Source: a virus (taxonomy: Duplodnaviria > Caudoviricetes). Taken from it: a stretch of 64,000 bases of DNA. Position 1 is the first letter of the stretch; each line of letters starts with the position of its first letter. A program made the translations under genes and the position numbers. This document shows, one piece after another, positions 1 through 9,473 of this stretch. The notes under the pieces were generated by a model, which was not told where the DNA came from, searched no databases, and worked only from the letters and a program-made list of their open reading frames with translations. The stretch covers positions 2,138 through 66,137 of the IMG/VR virus record IMGVR_UViG_3300044972_000310; one strand, 5' to 3'.

Positions 1-1
1 G

Positions 2-82
2 TTAGATACTATTAATCAAGTCGAAGGATTTAAAGTCGGAACAGTACTCGCACTAGGTCCTACAACAACTACAACAGCATAA
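2..82 (+). CDS. 3' end of an upstream CDS (partial, LDTINQVEGFKVGTVLALGPTTTTTA*)
   Basis: Open frame from the window edge to TAA 80-82, directly abutting the next ATG. Confidence 0.6.
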   Translation, partial: LDTINQVEGFKVGTVLALGPTTTTTA

Positions 83-631
83 ATGAATTTAACCGGTAAA
101 CTTTTAATAGCCCCTCCTAACGTGCGTGGAAACTTTTGGCAGAAGACTGTGATCTTTGTTACTGAAGATCATGCCCGTGGTAGTATGGGTGTTGTACTAA
201 ACAAACAATCCAAAATGACTATTCGGGAGTTTGCTGAACAGTGTAATGTAGATATTGACATTGAAGGATTTGTCTATGTAGGTGGTCCAGTTAATGTTAA
301 AGCATTAACCTTATTGCATAGTTCAGAATGGAAGACTAATAACACTATGCAGGTTAATGAGCAATTTAGTATTAGTTCAAGCCAAGAGCTATTACTAAGA
401 CTAGCAATGGGCGACCATCCAAAACATTGGAGACTGTTAGTTGGTCTATGTGCATGGGCACCTGATCAATTGACTAACGAGATCAAAGGGATACCCCCAT
501 ACAATCATGATTTTAGTTGGCTAACTGCAACGCCAAACTATACAAGTGTATTTGGACTAGATACGCAGGATCAATGGACACAGTCAATTGAGCAATCTGG
601 TTCCGAATTTGTACAAAATTTACTTGCTTAA
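83..631 (+). CDS. YqgE/AlgH family protein (DUF179)
   Basis: GKLLIA-P, F-KTVI, GSMGVVLNK, VYVGGPV and G...W...QL..E motifs. Confidence 0.85.
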   Translation: MNLTGKLLIAPPNVRGNFWQKTVIFVTEDHARGSMGVVLNKQSKMTIREFAEQCNVDIDIEGFVYVGGPVNVKALTLLHSSEWKTNNTMQVNEQFSISSSQELLLRLAMGDHPKHWRLLVGLCAWAPDQLTNEIKGIPPYNHDFSWLTATPNYTSVFGLDTQDQWTQSIEQSGSEFVQNLLA

Positions 632-652
632 ATATCTAAATGGCTGTATAAT
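624..652 (+). promoter_or_regulatory. sigma70-type promoter
   Basis: TTGCTT-17 nt-TATAAT upstream of the HNH gene. Confidence 0.6.
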
Positions 653-689
653 ACAAGCTGTTTCACACAAAAAGAAATGATTACCCAAA

Positions 690-1202
690 ATGTCAGATAC
701 GCTCTTACTCAACGCCGACGGCGCACCAGTCAGCTTTCTGCCACTTAGTACACTAACTTGGCAGGATGCAATCAAATACATGGTCTTAGACAAGGCCCAT
801 GTATTGGCTTGGCACGACAATTGGATTGTGCATAGCGCCACTTGGGAAACTGCGGTTCCTAGCATCTTAATTCTTAGAGATTATATGAAGCCCAAGACTA
901 GTGTTAGATTCTCTAAGGGTAATGTATTCTTACGAGACAATTATACATGTGCATATTGTAGCGACCATCTTGAAAAGAAATCGTGTACACTAGATCATGT
1001 GCTGCCAACTAGCTTAGGTGGTAAGACTACCTTTGAAAACTGTGTCACTGCCTGTGGGCCTTGCAACGCCGGCAAAGGCAATAACAAGAAGATTGTTCCC
1101 AAGTACAGACCACATAAGCCAGACTTCTACGAACTAGTAAATAAGCGTAAGAAGATGTCATTCCAACTTAGGTTTGAAGAATGGCGTGACTATGTACAGT
1201 GA
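690..1202 (+). CDS. HNH endonuclease (McrA-like)
   Basis: LLLNAD N-terminus, RDNYTCAYC, TLDHVLP..GG, NCVTACGPCN..K. Confidence 0.9.
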   Translation: MSDTLLLNADGAPVSFLPLSTLTWQDAIKYMVLDKAHVLAWHDNWIVHSATWETAVPSILILRDYMKPKTSVRFSKGNVFLRDNYTCAYCSDHLEKKSCTLDHVLPTSLGGKTTFENCVTACGPCNAGKGNNKKIVPKYRPHKPDFYELVNKRKKMSFQLRFEEWRDYVQ

Positions 1203-2068
1203 ACACAGAAACTTTAACTATTGACTGGAACTTTGGAAACGAATGTGCCCTAAAATGTAGCTACTGCAATGTAGAATTACACGATGGGGCCAACCCATTT
1301 CCTATTGCTGATAAGTTTTGCCCGGCATTTGATCATCTTATTGGTCAGACCCGGGCTTTTTCGCGTGTCAACTTAGAGTTCTCAGGCGGCGAACCTACAC
1401 AGAGTAAGAGCCTACAATATGTCGTATTATCCAGCACAGATGATAGAGTAAAGTTTAAACTAATATCAAACGGTCAAGCACCCATCATGTGGTGGAAACT
1501 CATAGCATACAAGTTATACGCACTTACTTTAACATATCATGTACACACTGACCTAGAACATTTCAAACGTGTAGTTACGATTACCCAGCGCCATGGTCTA
1601 AAGATATTTGTAGCTATAACTCCTGAAACTTGGGCAGCGGGTATAGCAGCCTATCGTGAACTTAAAGTCATACATACCGATGTAGACATGCAACTCTTAT
1701 ACTCAAACTTCACTAGAGGCAATGATCAATATCTTAAATACACAGACGATCACTGGGCTGTATATTATGCAGAGAAAGGCATTGATGTGAAGAACCAACA
1801 GCAAGTAGAGCAGACAATAGAGTTTAAACGAGTTAATCATTTAAACAATTACTACGGTCACATGTGCTGGGCAGGTGTTACACAGGTTATTATAGATAAC
1901 TTTGGGTATGTCTATCGTGGCTGGTGTAAGAGCAACGGACATATGGGTAATGTGTTTGATCAATCGTTTCAAATAGATAGCAGACCAAGACCTTGCCCCA
2001 AGACACAGTGTAAGAATGGATTTGATTTACAAGCTCGTAAGAGTGAAGGAACATGGGGAATGGCATGA
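1199..2068 (+). CDS. Radical SAM protein with SPASM/twitch-like C-terminus
   Basis: CALKCSYC (CxxxCxxC), SGGEPT, C-terminal CWAG...G.VYRGWC...CPKTQC. Confidence 0.85.
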   Translation: MNTETLTIDWNFGNECALKCSYCNVELHDGANPFPIADKFCPAFDHLIGQTRAFSRVNLEFSGGEPTQSKSLQYVVLSSTDDRVKFKLISNGQAPIMWWKLIAYKLYALTLTYHVHTDLEHFKRVVTITQRHGLKIFVAITPETWAAGIAAYRELKVIHTDVDMQLLYSNFTRGNDQYLKYTDDHWAVYYAEKGIDVKNQQQVEQTIEFKRVNHLNNYYGHMCWAGVTQVIIDNFGYVYRGWCKSNGHMGNVFDQSFQIDSRPRPCPKTQCKNGFDLQARKSEGTWGMA

Positions 2069-2484
2069 AAAAGTTATTTTGGAACATATTAGGATTTTTA
2101 AGTTTAGGTATGGCCTATATCGGAGTTATCACTCCGGGCATACCTTATAGTTGTTTTGTTGTGTTTGCTGCCTATTGCTTTGCTAAAGGCAACAAGCGTA
2201 TGCACGATTGGTTATACAATCATAAGTTGTTCGGACCATTCCTAACCAACTGGGGCACCAAGCGTGTGTTCCCGCACAAGATGAAATACTTCATGTTGGT
2301 CACTATGAGTGTTAGTCTAGTCATCATGTGGTTCACAGGTGTTAAACCCGTTGGCATATTGTCTACAGGCATCTTCATGGCCTTGGTAGCAGTATGGGCA
2401 TGGCGATTCCCAGGCAGCACTGACGAGTATGATAGTCGAATTGCTGAAGGCCGTAAGATAGGTTGGTTCAACAATAGTTTTTAA
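2065..2484 (+). CDS. YbaN/DUF454 inner-membrane protein
   Basis: GFLSLGMAYIGVITPGIP, AAYCFAK, HDWLYNHKLFGPFL.NW; start placed at ATG 2065 overlapping the upstream stop. Confidence 0.85.
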   Translation: MKKLFWNILGFLSLGMAYIGVITPGIPYSCFVVFAAYCFAKGNKRMHDWLYNHKLFGPFLTNWGTKRVFPHKMKYFMLVTMSVSLVIMWFTGVKPVGILSTGIFMALVAVWAWRFPGSTDEYDSRIAEGRKIGWFNNSF

Positions 2485-2527
2485 CAGTGTAATCATTATG
2501 TAATCGATTGGGCGGTAAATATGATAT

Positions 2528-3409
2528 ATGAAGACATACCGCTCAATCTTTGTTAGTGATGTGCATCTCGGAACCAAAGACTGCCAAGCGGATAAGTTAA
2601 ACAATTTTCTCAAACATAACTCATGTGATACATTATATCTAGTAGGCGATATAATAGATGCGTGGCGCATACAACAAAACAAGTGGCGTTGGAAACAGAG
2701 CCATACTAACGTAGTACGCAGAGTATTAGGACACGCCAAGCGTGGTACTCGTGTAGTTTATGTAGCGGGCAATCACGACGAATTCCTAAGACCAATGATA
2801 CCCTACGGTTTCTCATTCGGCCTTGTAGAAATACACAATCAAATAGAACACATAGGTGCTGACGGCAAGCACTATCTAGTCACACATGGTGACTTGTTTG
2901 ACGGCATTACACGTCTAGCTCCTTGGCTAGCATTCTTAGGAGATAAAGCATATGATATCATCCTTAGTATCAATAGCAAGTATAATTGGCTACGTCATCG
3001 CATGGGTTTTGGGTACTTTAGCATTAGCAAGTTTCTTAAGCACAGAGTTAAGAAAGCCGTAGACTTTATATTCAAGTTTGAAGAAAATCTAGCAGGCTAT
3101 TGTAAAAAGCGTGGCTTTGATGGTGTAATATGTGGACACATACACCATGCAGAAATCAAAGACATAGACGGAGTGACGTATATGAATGACGGTGACTGGG
3201 TAGAAAGTTGCACAGCCTTGGTAGAACATCACGATGGTCGTTGGGAGATTGTAACATGGACACAGGAGAAAGATAATGTGGATACTAATGCTAATAGCAG
3301 TTCACGTGAACAATCCTCAGGACGTTCCAGGAAGAATAGAACTGGCATTCAAAGACCAGATGAGTTGCGAAGTAGCTCTAGCGTCAATGAAGTGGCAGCT
3401 AAAGTTTAA
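2528..3409 (+). CDS. Metallophosphoesterase, LpxH/UDP-2,3-diacylglucosamine hydrolase-like
   Basis: SDVHLG, LVGDIID, GNHD, HGD and CGHIH calcineurin-like motifs; C-terminal ~45 aa are low-complexity. Confidence 0.85.
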   Translation: MKTYRSIFVSDVHLGTKDCQADKLNNFLKHNSCDTLYLVGDIIDAWRIQQNKWRWKQSHTNVVRRVLGHAKRGTRVVYVAGNHDEFLRPMIPYGFSFGLVEIHNQIEHIGADGKHYLVTHGDLFDGITRLAPWLAFLGDKAYDIILSINSKYNWLRHRMGFGYFSISKFLKHRVKKAVDFIFKFEENLAGYCKKRGFDGVICGHIHHAEIKDIDGVTYMNDGDWVESCTALVEHHDGRWEIVTWTQEKDNVDTNANSSSREQSSGRSRKNRTGIQRPDELRSSSSVNEVAAKV

Positions 3410-3446
3410 CAATTTTAAGGTAGAAGGACAATGCAAAAAACAATAA
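3276..3446 (+). CDS. 56-aa small protein not in the ORF track (MWILMLIAVHVNNPQ...SCEVAL...GQCKKQ)
   Basis: AGGAG at 3264-3268, hydrophobic N-terminus, two Cys; overlaps the upstream gene in another frame. Confidence 0.6.
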   Translation: MWILMLIAVHVNNPQDVPGRIELAFKDQMSCEVALASMKWQLKFNNFKVEGQCKKQ

Positions 3447-4147
3447 GCGATAAAATTACTATTGTGGTCCCTTGCAAGAACGAGGAGAACTACATAGCAC
3501 ATCTGCTAATGCACTTGCGCCAGCAATCTATAGGTGACACTAGAATTATCATTGCTGATTGTAGTACGGACAATACACGCGAAGTTATTCAAATAATGAA
3601 AGGTGAACTGAATGTTGAAGTTATCAATGGCGGCCCAGTTAGTCTTGCTAAGAACAATGGAGCTCAACTGGTCACTACTCCTTACATCTTATTCATCGAT
3701 GCCGATGTACGCTTCTTTAAAGATACTGTGATACACGATGCTGTTAACCTAATAGAGTCTAAGAACTTAGATCTCATTGGACTAAACATTAAATGCTATG
3801 ACAAGGACCTACGTGCTAAGATTGGGTTCGCCGCATTCAACCTAATCAATCATGTATTGAAACACGTTAGTCCATTTGCTGTGGGAGCTTTCATGCTGAC
3901 TCGTAGAGATCGTTTTGAAGAGTATGGGGGCTTCCCTGAACAGTTTTCAACCAGCGAAGACTTCTTCTTGTCTCGTAAGTACAGTCCTAAAAAGTTTAGG
4001 ATCATCAAGCATCATTTCGGACAAGATAGCCGTAGATTTAAGAAGATGGGCTATATGGGCATGGCCAAGTACCTAGTCAAGAACTTTGTTAATCGCAACA
4101 ATAAAGCCTACTGGGACAAGTTAGATTCATCTAAGTATTGGGGTTAA
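3431..4147 (+). CDS. Glycosyltransferase family 2
   Basis: IVVPCKNEE, IIADCSTDNT, FIDAD (DxD), GGF and SED motifs. Confidence 0.9.
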   Translation: MQKTISDKITIVVPCKNEENYIAHLLMHLRQQSIGDTRIIIADCSTDNTREVIQIMKGELNVEVINGGPVSLAKNNGAQLVTTPYILFIDADVRFFKDTVIHDAVNLIESKNLDLIGLNIKCYDKDLRAKIGFAAFNLINHVLKHVSPFAVGAFMLTRRDRFEEYGGFPEQFSTSEDFFLSRKYSPKKFRIIKHHFGQDSRRFKKMGYMGMAKYLVKNFVNRNNKAYWDKLDSSKYWG

Positions 4148-4192
4148 GTAATACTCGCTCGCTGACGGCGTACAATGTGATAAGTAGTCAGC

Positions 4193-4217
4193 AATAGGAT
4201 CGCAAGATCCTATTTTT
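4193..4217 (+). terminator. Intrinsic terminator
   Basis: AATAGGATC-GCAA-GATCCTATT followed by T run. Confidence 0.8.
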
Positions 4218-4249
4218 ATGACTAAATATTAGCACTTATCGGAGTACTT

Positions 4250-4702
4250 ATGAAGAAGTTATTAGTATTATTATTGCTGGTCCCTGTACTGGCATTTGCA
4301 CAAGCAAAAGTGCCAAAAAATTCAGCAACCTACGACGCACAGATCCTGCGTGTCACAGACGGCGACACAGTGGTTATTGCCGCGCCATTCCTACCAGCAC
4401 CATTGAAACCAGAGTTGGCTATTCGTGTGTATGGAGTTGACACTCCTGAGAAAGGACACAGAGCCATGTGCCCAAGTGAAGCACAGCGTGGTGAAGCTGC
4501 CTCAGCATTTACTAAGAAGGCTATAGAATCAGCAGCCGCAGCCAAGGGCAAGTTCCAAGTTACTATGTACGGTTGGGATAAGTTTGGCGGTCGTGTACTA
4601 GGTGATATCCTAATCAATGGTCAGAGCCTACGTGCTGCCTTGATTGCCAACGGCTTTGCTCGTGAGTACTACGGCGAAGCTAAACAAAGCTGGTGTAACT
4701 AA
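4250..4702 (+). CDS. Secreted thermonuclease (SNase family)
   Basis: Signal peptide, DGDT, IRVYGVDTPE, DKFGGRVLG, LIANGFA. Confidence 0.9.
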   Translation: MKKLLVLLLLVPVLAFAQAKVPKNSATYDAQILRVTDGDTVVIAAPFLPAPLKPELAIRVYGVDTPEKGHRAMCPSEAQRGEAASAFTKKAIESAAAAKGKFQVTMYGWDKFGGRVLGDILINGQSLRAALIANGFAREYYGEAKQSWCN

Positions 4703-4703
4703 A

Positions 4704-5081
4704 ATGAAGCGCCTACTAGCCATCACTGCACTGGTCACACTAACAGGGTGTGCTAGTATCATTGACATGATTCCCAGCAAGTGGGATGTCAATCAAGCCA
4801 AGGTTACTACTGACCTAAGACAGGCTACACATAACTTTGACTGCAAGGCAGATCAAAGAGCACAACTTAAAACCATTGCAGAACATGCACAATGGTTTGA
4901 ACTCTACAGTGAAAGCAAAGGCACTAAGGATGTTGCCCAACTAGGCAAGACTCTGCAGGCCACAGTGAAAGAGTTTCGAGATAGAGCACAGCCAGTAAGT
5001 CCTATCTATTGCGATATCAAACGTAAGCTGATGATTCAACAGGCTGACATCATTGCTAAAACAACTCAAGGAAGATTCTAA
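4704..5081 (+). CDS. Lipoprotein, unknown function
   Basis: MKRLLAITALVTLTGC lipobox; start reassigned to ATG 4704. Confidence 0.7.
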   Translation: MKRLLAITALVTLTGCASIIDMIPSKWDVNQAKVTTDLRQATHNFDCKADQRAQLKTIAEHAQWFELYSESKGTKDVAQLGKTLQATVKEFRDRAQPVSPIYCDIKRKLMIQQADIIAKTTQGRF

Positions 5082-5806
5082 TGAAAACTGAACTACTATT
5101 AGAGTTTGCCAACATAGCGCAAACTACCTATGACAATCCTAAAACCGCTACTGCCAAGTTTAAAGCGTTAGGATATAAAATTATTCAATTCTTCGACATC
5201 AACGGAGCACAGGCATATCTATTGACCAATGGCACTATTACTGTGCTGAGTTTTAGAGGTACTGAAGTAACTGAAAAGTCAGATATATTGGCAGACTTAA
5301 AGGCTGGCAAGAATCTTGAAGCCTGTGGTGGCAAGGTACATGTTGGCTTCAAAGAAGAAATCAACAAACTATGGCCCACTATCTCTAAAGTGTTAGCAGA
5401 CAATCCAGGCAACCTATACGTAACTGGACACAGTCTTGGCGCTGCCATGGCTACCATTGCTGCCAGCCGTATGCAGGATCGTGTAACAGCATTGATAACA
5501 TTTGGTTCGCCGAGAGTTGGCAACGCAGAGTTTGTTAAGAGCCTAACTGTTGACCATTACAGAGTACAGAACAATTGCGATGATGTAACCAAAGTTCCAT
5601 TTATGTTGATGGGATTCGCACATCACGGCACACACAGATACATGAACTTCTATGGAGAGTTTAGAGACCTAACTCCGTGGCAACAGGTAAAGGACATGGT
5701 CCGTAGCAGATTGCGAGCCAGAGCAAAAGGTCAAAAGTATATTGGTGTGTTTGATCACATGATGGCCAACTACATTGCCAAATTAGAAAAGTTAAGAGGA
5801 GAATAA
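5081..5806 (+). CDS. Class 3 lipase
   Basis: SFRGTE, VHVGF, VTGHSLGAA, TFGSPRVG, DDVTKVP, terminal DH. Confidence 0.9.
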   Translation: MKTELLLEFANIAQTTYDNPKTATAKFKALGYKIIQFFDINGAQAYLLTNGTITVLSFRGTEVTEKSDILADLKAGKNLEACGGKVHVGFKEEINKLWPTISKVLADNPGNLYVTGHSLGAAMATIAASRMQDRVTALITFGSPRVGNAEFVKSLTVDHYRVQNNCDDVTKVPFMLMGFAHHGTHRYMNFYGEFRDLTPWQQVKDMVRSRLRARAKGQKYIGVFDHMMANYIAKLEKLRGE

Positions 5807-5807
5807 A

Positions 5808-6185
5808 ATGGAATTAGATCAAATCAAAGAAAAGATGAGTGCTGGCGAAGCCAAGGGCGCACTGATCGAAAAGGTAACATTTGCTGTGCTACCCATCATG
5901 TTTGCCTGTGTGGTGTACTTGATGAATGCTCTGAGTGTGGCCAATCATCAACTGACCATTCTTGAAAGCAAGATGCAGTTGGTGGTGACATCAGACAACA
6001 AACAAGCACCAAACATGGGTGCTGAACTGGCTCGTGAAAAACTGCGCCAAGACTTGATGCAGGCCAACACAGAAGCTGTGACCCGTGCGGCTGCAAACCG
6101 TGCCATCATTGAAACCTTGCTGTTTCGTGTGGCAGAGTTAGAAAAATTCAAAGACAGACAATTATACAACGGTGGGAAGAAGTAA
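5808..6185 (+). CDS. Single-TM coiled-coil protein
   Basis: GAGGAG RBS, one hydrophobic helix then heptad-rich region. Confidence 0.65.
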   Translation: MELDQIKEKMSAGEAKGALIEKVTFAVLPIMFACVVYLMNALSVANHQLTILESKMQLVVTSDNKQAPNMGAELAREKLRQDLMQANTEAVTRAAANRAIIETLLFRVAELEKFKDRQLYNGGKK

Positions 6186-6419
6186 ATGAGCAACGTACTA
6201 CACGAAGTTATCAACAGTGGGCAACCTTGGGCAGCTGAACGTGCTCAATATGCTCTACAAATAGCAGAAGCCCTACAGAACGGACAGGTCTCGCAAGATG
6301 AAGCTCGTGCCCTACTTGAAGACTTGATCAACACTGAAAAGTTAGAATCTGAGGGCGCGGACCTGCAGTTACGAGCAGCACTGGTATTTGGTGTTACACA
6401 GGTTCTCAGTATGTGTTAA
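6186..6419 (+). CDS. Hypothetical protein
   Basis: ORF abutting the upstream stop. Confidence 0.6.
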   Translation: MSNVLHEVINSGQPWAAERAQYALQIAEALQNGQVSQDEARALLEDLINTEKLESEGADLQLRAALVFGVTQVLSMC

Positions 6420-7605
6420 ACACTTTGACGAGGGCTTGAACTAAGTCTTCGATCATACCATCATCGTGAAACGGAGTGGGAGCAAATCGCAACCTCTCCG
6501 TTCCCACATCTACTGTGGGGAAGTTGATAGCCTGCACATAGATATTGTGATCGTTCATTAGTGCATCACTCATAGCTTTGGCACGTTTAGCATCTCCTAC
6601 CAGCACAGGCACAATGTGTGTAGTACTACACGCCATAACGGGTATGCCAGCCTTGATCAATCTATACTTTAACTTACGGGCACGGTCTTGATGTTGCTCA
6701 CGTAGCTCTCCGTGACTCTTTAAGTATTTCACAGCAGCCAGTGCGCCAGCACAGGTCACGGGACTCATAGATGTTGTAAAGATAAAGCCAGCAGCAATGC
6801 TACGGATAGCATCAGCTACGACACTGTCACAGGCAATGTATCCGCCCTGTACTCCAAATGCTTTACCAAGTGTACCGTTGATTATATCAACACGATCCTG
6901 TAGCCCGTACTTCTCAACTTTGCCTGCACCTGTTTCGCCATATAGACCTACAGCATGTACTTCATCGATGTAGGTCATAGCACCGTACTGGTCAGCTAGA
7001 TCGCATATCTCTTTGATCATGCCCACATCGCCATCCATTGAGTAAACACTTTCAAATACAATACAAGGAGTCTTACCACAGAGCTGAGCAGCCTGTAGAC
7101 ATTCTTCTAAGTTCTGCATGTCATTGTGACGGAACACCTGCTTGTTAGCACGACTGTGTTGTATACCCACGATGATTGAGTTGTGATTGTTACTGTCGCT
7201 GATATATTCAATGTTGGGAATGATCTTAGCCAAGGCTATCAAGGTCCATTCGTTGGCCACATAAGCTGAACTAAACAACAATGCCCGTTCTTTCTTATGC
7301 AGAGTAGCAAGCTCATGCTCCAATGCCACATGATAGTGACTTGTACCTGCAATGTTTCGAGTACCACCTGATCCTGCACCTGTCATATCTAAAGCTGTTC
7401 GCATAGCATCTATAACAACCTTGTGCTGACCCATGCCTAAGTAGTCGTTTGAGCACCAGTTTACAATGTTTTTAATAGCATAAGGTCCATACCAGATAGC
7501 CTGTGGGAACTTGCCGTTTTCACGTAGAATATCGTTAAACACACGATATTTGCCATTAGCTTTAAGATCTGCTATCAGTGTTTCAAAGGGTGTTTTATCT
7601 ATCAT
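6406..7605 (-). CDS. hemA: 5-aminolevulinate synthase (C4/Shemin pathway)
   Basis: [56 protein letters not shown] (PLP lysine), FIFTTS, ERLRF.PTP.H. Confidence 0.92.
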   Translation of the reverse strand: MIDKTPFETLIADLKANGKYRVFNDILRENGKFPQAIWYGPYAIKNIVNWCSNDYLGMGQHKVVIDAMRTALDMTGAGSGGTRNIAGTSHYHVALEHELATLHKKERALLFSSAYVANEWTLIALAKIIPNIEYISDSNNHNSIIVGIQHSRANKQVFRHNDMQNLEECLQAAQLCGKTPCIVFESVYSMDGDVGMIKEICDLADQYGAMTYIDEVHAVGLYGETGAGKVEKYGLQDRVDIINGTLGKAFGVQGGYIACDSVVADAIRSIAAGFIFTTSMSPVTCAGALAAVKYLKSHGELREQHQDRARKLKYRLIKAGIPVMACSTTHIVPVLVGDAKRAKAMSDALMNDHNIYVQAINFPTVDVGTERLRFAPTPFHDDGMIEDLVQALVKVFNTY

Positions 7606-7612
7606 AGTAGAC

Positions 7613-7628
7613 TATTTAACGATAAATA
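7613..7628. promoter_or_regulatory. Divergent pair of TAAATA late-type promoter motifs
   Basis: TATTTA (7613-7618, minus strand) and TAAATA (7623-7628, plus strand) between divergent hemA and the PA14 gene. Confidence 0.6.
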
Positions 7629-7647
7629 TCGTAAGAGGATTAAAATA

Positions 7648-8439
7648 ATGGCTGCAAACGGAATATCAACACTGGCAACTAAACTGGCAAGACAAACTGC
7701 TAAACTTACCATTGCTGAAGCTAAACGTCAAGGTAAAGTAGTTGCCGCCGACGGTACTATTACCGGTAGTTTAGATGCTACTAAACCTTACTATCGTGCT
7801 AAAAATACTTACAACATTGCGCTATTACCAGACACCTATTCCACTAGTGGTGATGATAATGCCAACACCAGTGGCCTAGTACAAGGTCGTCCTTGGTATG
7901 ATTCAAACACCGAAGCAACATACGATGGCGAAGTTATTGAAGTTAGCCCAGGTATATGGCGCACTAACTATCAAGGATATCACAACGAAGTTCCAAACTT
8001 CTTTGATACTGCTGTGTTAAAGGCCGCTCCTGACAACTTTGATGCAGCTGACAATGACATCAACGAGCCAGCACTACCTAACTCAACCAGCATGATGCTA
8101 AAAGGCTACCTGCGAGTAACCTACACTGGCAACTACACAATATATTTGAGCTGTGACGACGGGGCTTACTTATGGTTTGGAGACAATGCCATCACTAACT
8201 GGCGTAGTGGTAACACCTTAACTAACGTGACTATATCAAACGGTGGACTACACCCTCAAACTGAAGTTTCAACCACCGTGGCTTTAACAGCAGGCACATA
8301 CATTCCAATGCGTGTAATGTTCGGCAATGGCCCAGACGGACCTGGAGTGCTAGTTGTTAGTTATTCATATCCGGGACAAGCTAAGACATCGGACTTTACC
8401 GGTAAGATCTTCTACAGAACATCAACTAACGGATTCTAA
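7648..8439 (+). CDS. PA14-domain protein, probably virion-associated
   Basis: GYLRVTYTGNYTIYLSCDDGAYLW and NGGLH...LTAGTYIPMRV PA14 signatures. Confidence 0.75.
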   Translation: MAANGISTLATKLARQTAKLTIAEAKRQGKVVAADGTITGSLDATKPYYRAKNTYNIALLPDTYSTSGDDNANTSGLVQGRPWYDSNTEATYDGEVIEVSPGIWRTNYQGYHNEVPNFFDTAVLKAAPDNFDAADNDINEPALPNSTSMMLKGYLRVTYTGNYTIYLSCDDGAYLWFGDNAITNWRSGNTLTNVTISNGGLHPQTEVSTTVALTAGTYIPMRVMFGNGPDGPGVLVVSYSYPGQAKTSDFTGKIFYRTSTNGF

Positions 8440-8463
8440 TCCATGACCATAGACGTATGAATA

Positions 8464-8487
8464 AAAAAGGACCCGAAGGTCCTTTTT
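8464..8487. terminator. Bidirectional intrinsic terminator
   Basis: AAAAAGGACC-CGAA-GGTCCTTTTT between convergent genes. Confidence 0.85.
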
Positions 8488-8505
8488 GTTTGATGTAATA
8501 TACTA

Positions 8506-8781
8506 TTACTTCTTAGCAGTTGCGCCAGCATTGACAAATGCGTACATCTTTTCAGCTGTTTCTAGAACTTTCTCAAGTCCTGGGAATGTTGGCATATCTA
8601 CTTTGGTAACGATTTGACCAGTCTTCTCATCGCGAGTAGCAGTCATTTCCCAACCTTGGAATTTAGAGTGGAAGTCTTCTGTTACCATGCTCTTAGCCAT
8701 GCCAAGGATGTCTGTACGGATTTCATATCCGTTTTTGTTGAATTTAACTTCTGGTAGCTTTGGTGTTTCGAATTGTGACAT
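8506..8781 (-). CDS. Hypothetical phage protein
   Basis: AGGAG RBS; KNGYEIR...AE.MY.FVN. Confidence 0.75.
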   Translation of the reverse strand: MSQFETPKLPEVKFNKNGYEIRTDILGMAKSMVTEDFHSKFQGWEMTATRDEKTGQIVTKVDMPTFPGLEKVLETAEKMYAFVNAGATAKK

Positions 8782-8841
8782 AATAATCTCCTGTGTGTTT
8801 AATGTCTATGTGTAAACAGCAACTTTGCTGTCTATGTATTT

Positions 8842-8870
8842 ATTATACAGTGTACAAGACTGTTTGTAAA
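8842..8870 (-). promoter_or_regulatory. sigma70-type promoter overlapping a TAAATA motif
   Basis: TTTACA-17 nt-TATAAT on the minus strand, immediately followed by AAATA. Confidence 0.65.
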
Positions 8871-8880
8871 GCTGAATGAA

Positions 8881-9456
8881 CTATTTTTTAAACTTGTTTA
8901 CTCTTTCTTTAACAAGTTTAACAACAGTGTCACTGAGCACAACTTCGTAGTGGTTGCAATCTACTTCCACTAATTCCATATCCTCGTGATGCCGTTGACT
9001 GGCAATGGTTACTACACCATCATTGGGCTCGTGCATAAAAGGGCTTTGACCCTTTACTGTTACTATGTTGGTCCAAGGATGCTGTATTTTAATACGTTTA
9101 GCCTGCTTCATTACCCAACTACTGGGCCCAATGTCACGCATCAGTCTGCTGAATGGCAAGAAGTATTGAGCATAGTCCGCTACTTCAGCACCACCATAGG
9201 GTGTGCTTAGGGTCACAGCACCTTTAACGGCTACTGGCATACTATTAGCTAAATGTAGGCTGTAAATGCCGCCTAGACTATGTGCAACAAACACCAGGTC
9301 CTTATAGTCCTGTAATGCTGTCTGCATGTCCTTTAGGTTATTTTCAAACCCATTTCGGCTATCATAGTTGAGGTCTAGACCTTCACCTAATTTACTCTTG
9401 ATATAGTTGAAGCTCTCGCTGGTGGCATTGGCACCGTGTATGTACACTAATTTCAT
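8881..9456 (-). CDS. Alpha/beta hydrolase
   Basis: YIHG, AHSLGG nucleophile elbow, STPYGG, NDGVV, C-terminal NH. Confidence 0.85.
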   Translation of the reverse strand: MKLVYIHGANATSESFNYIKSKLGEGLDLNYDSRNGFENNLKDMQTALQDYKDLVFVAHSLGGIYSLHLANSMPVAVKGAVTLSTPYGGAEVADYAQYFLPFSRLMRDIGPSSWVMKQAKRIKIQHPWTNIVTVKGQSPFMHEPNDGVVTIASQRHHEDMELVEVDCNHYEVVLSDTVVKLVKERVNKFKK

Positions 9457-9473
9457 GCCAATATTTAGTAATT

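Noticed and set aside
690-1202. HNH gene as a mobile intron or homing element
   Set aside because: Free-standing with its own promoter; neighbours are uninterrupted and no intron core is visible
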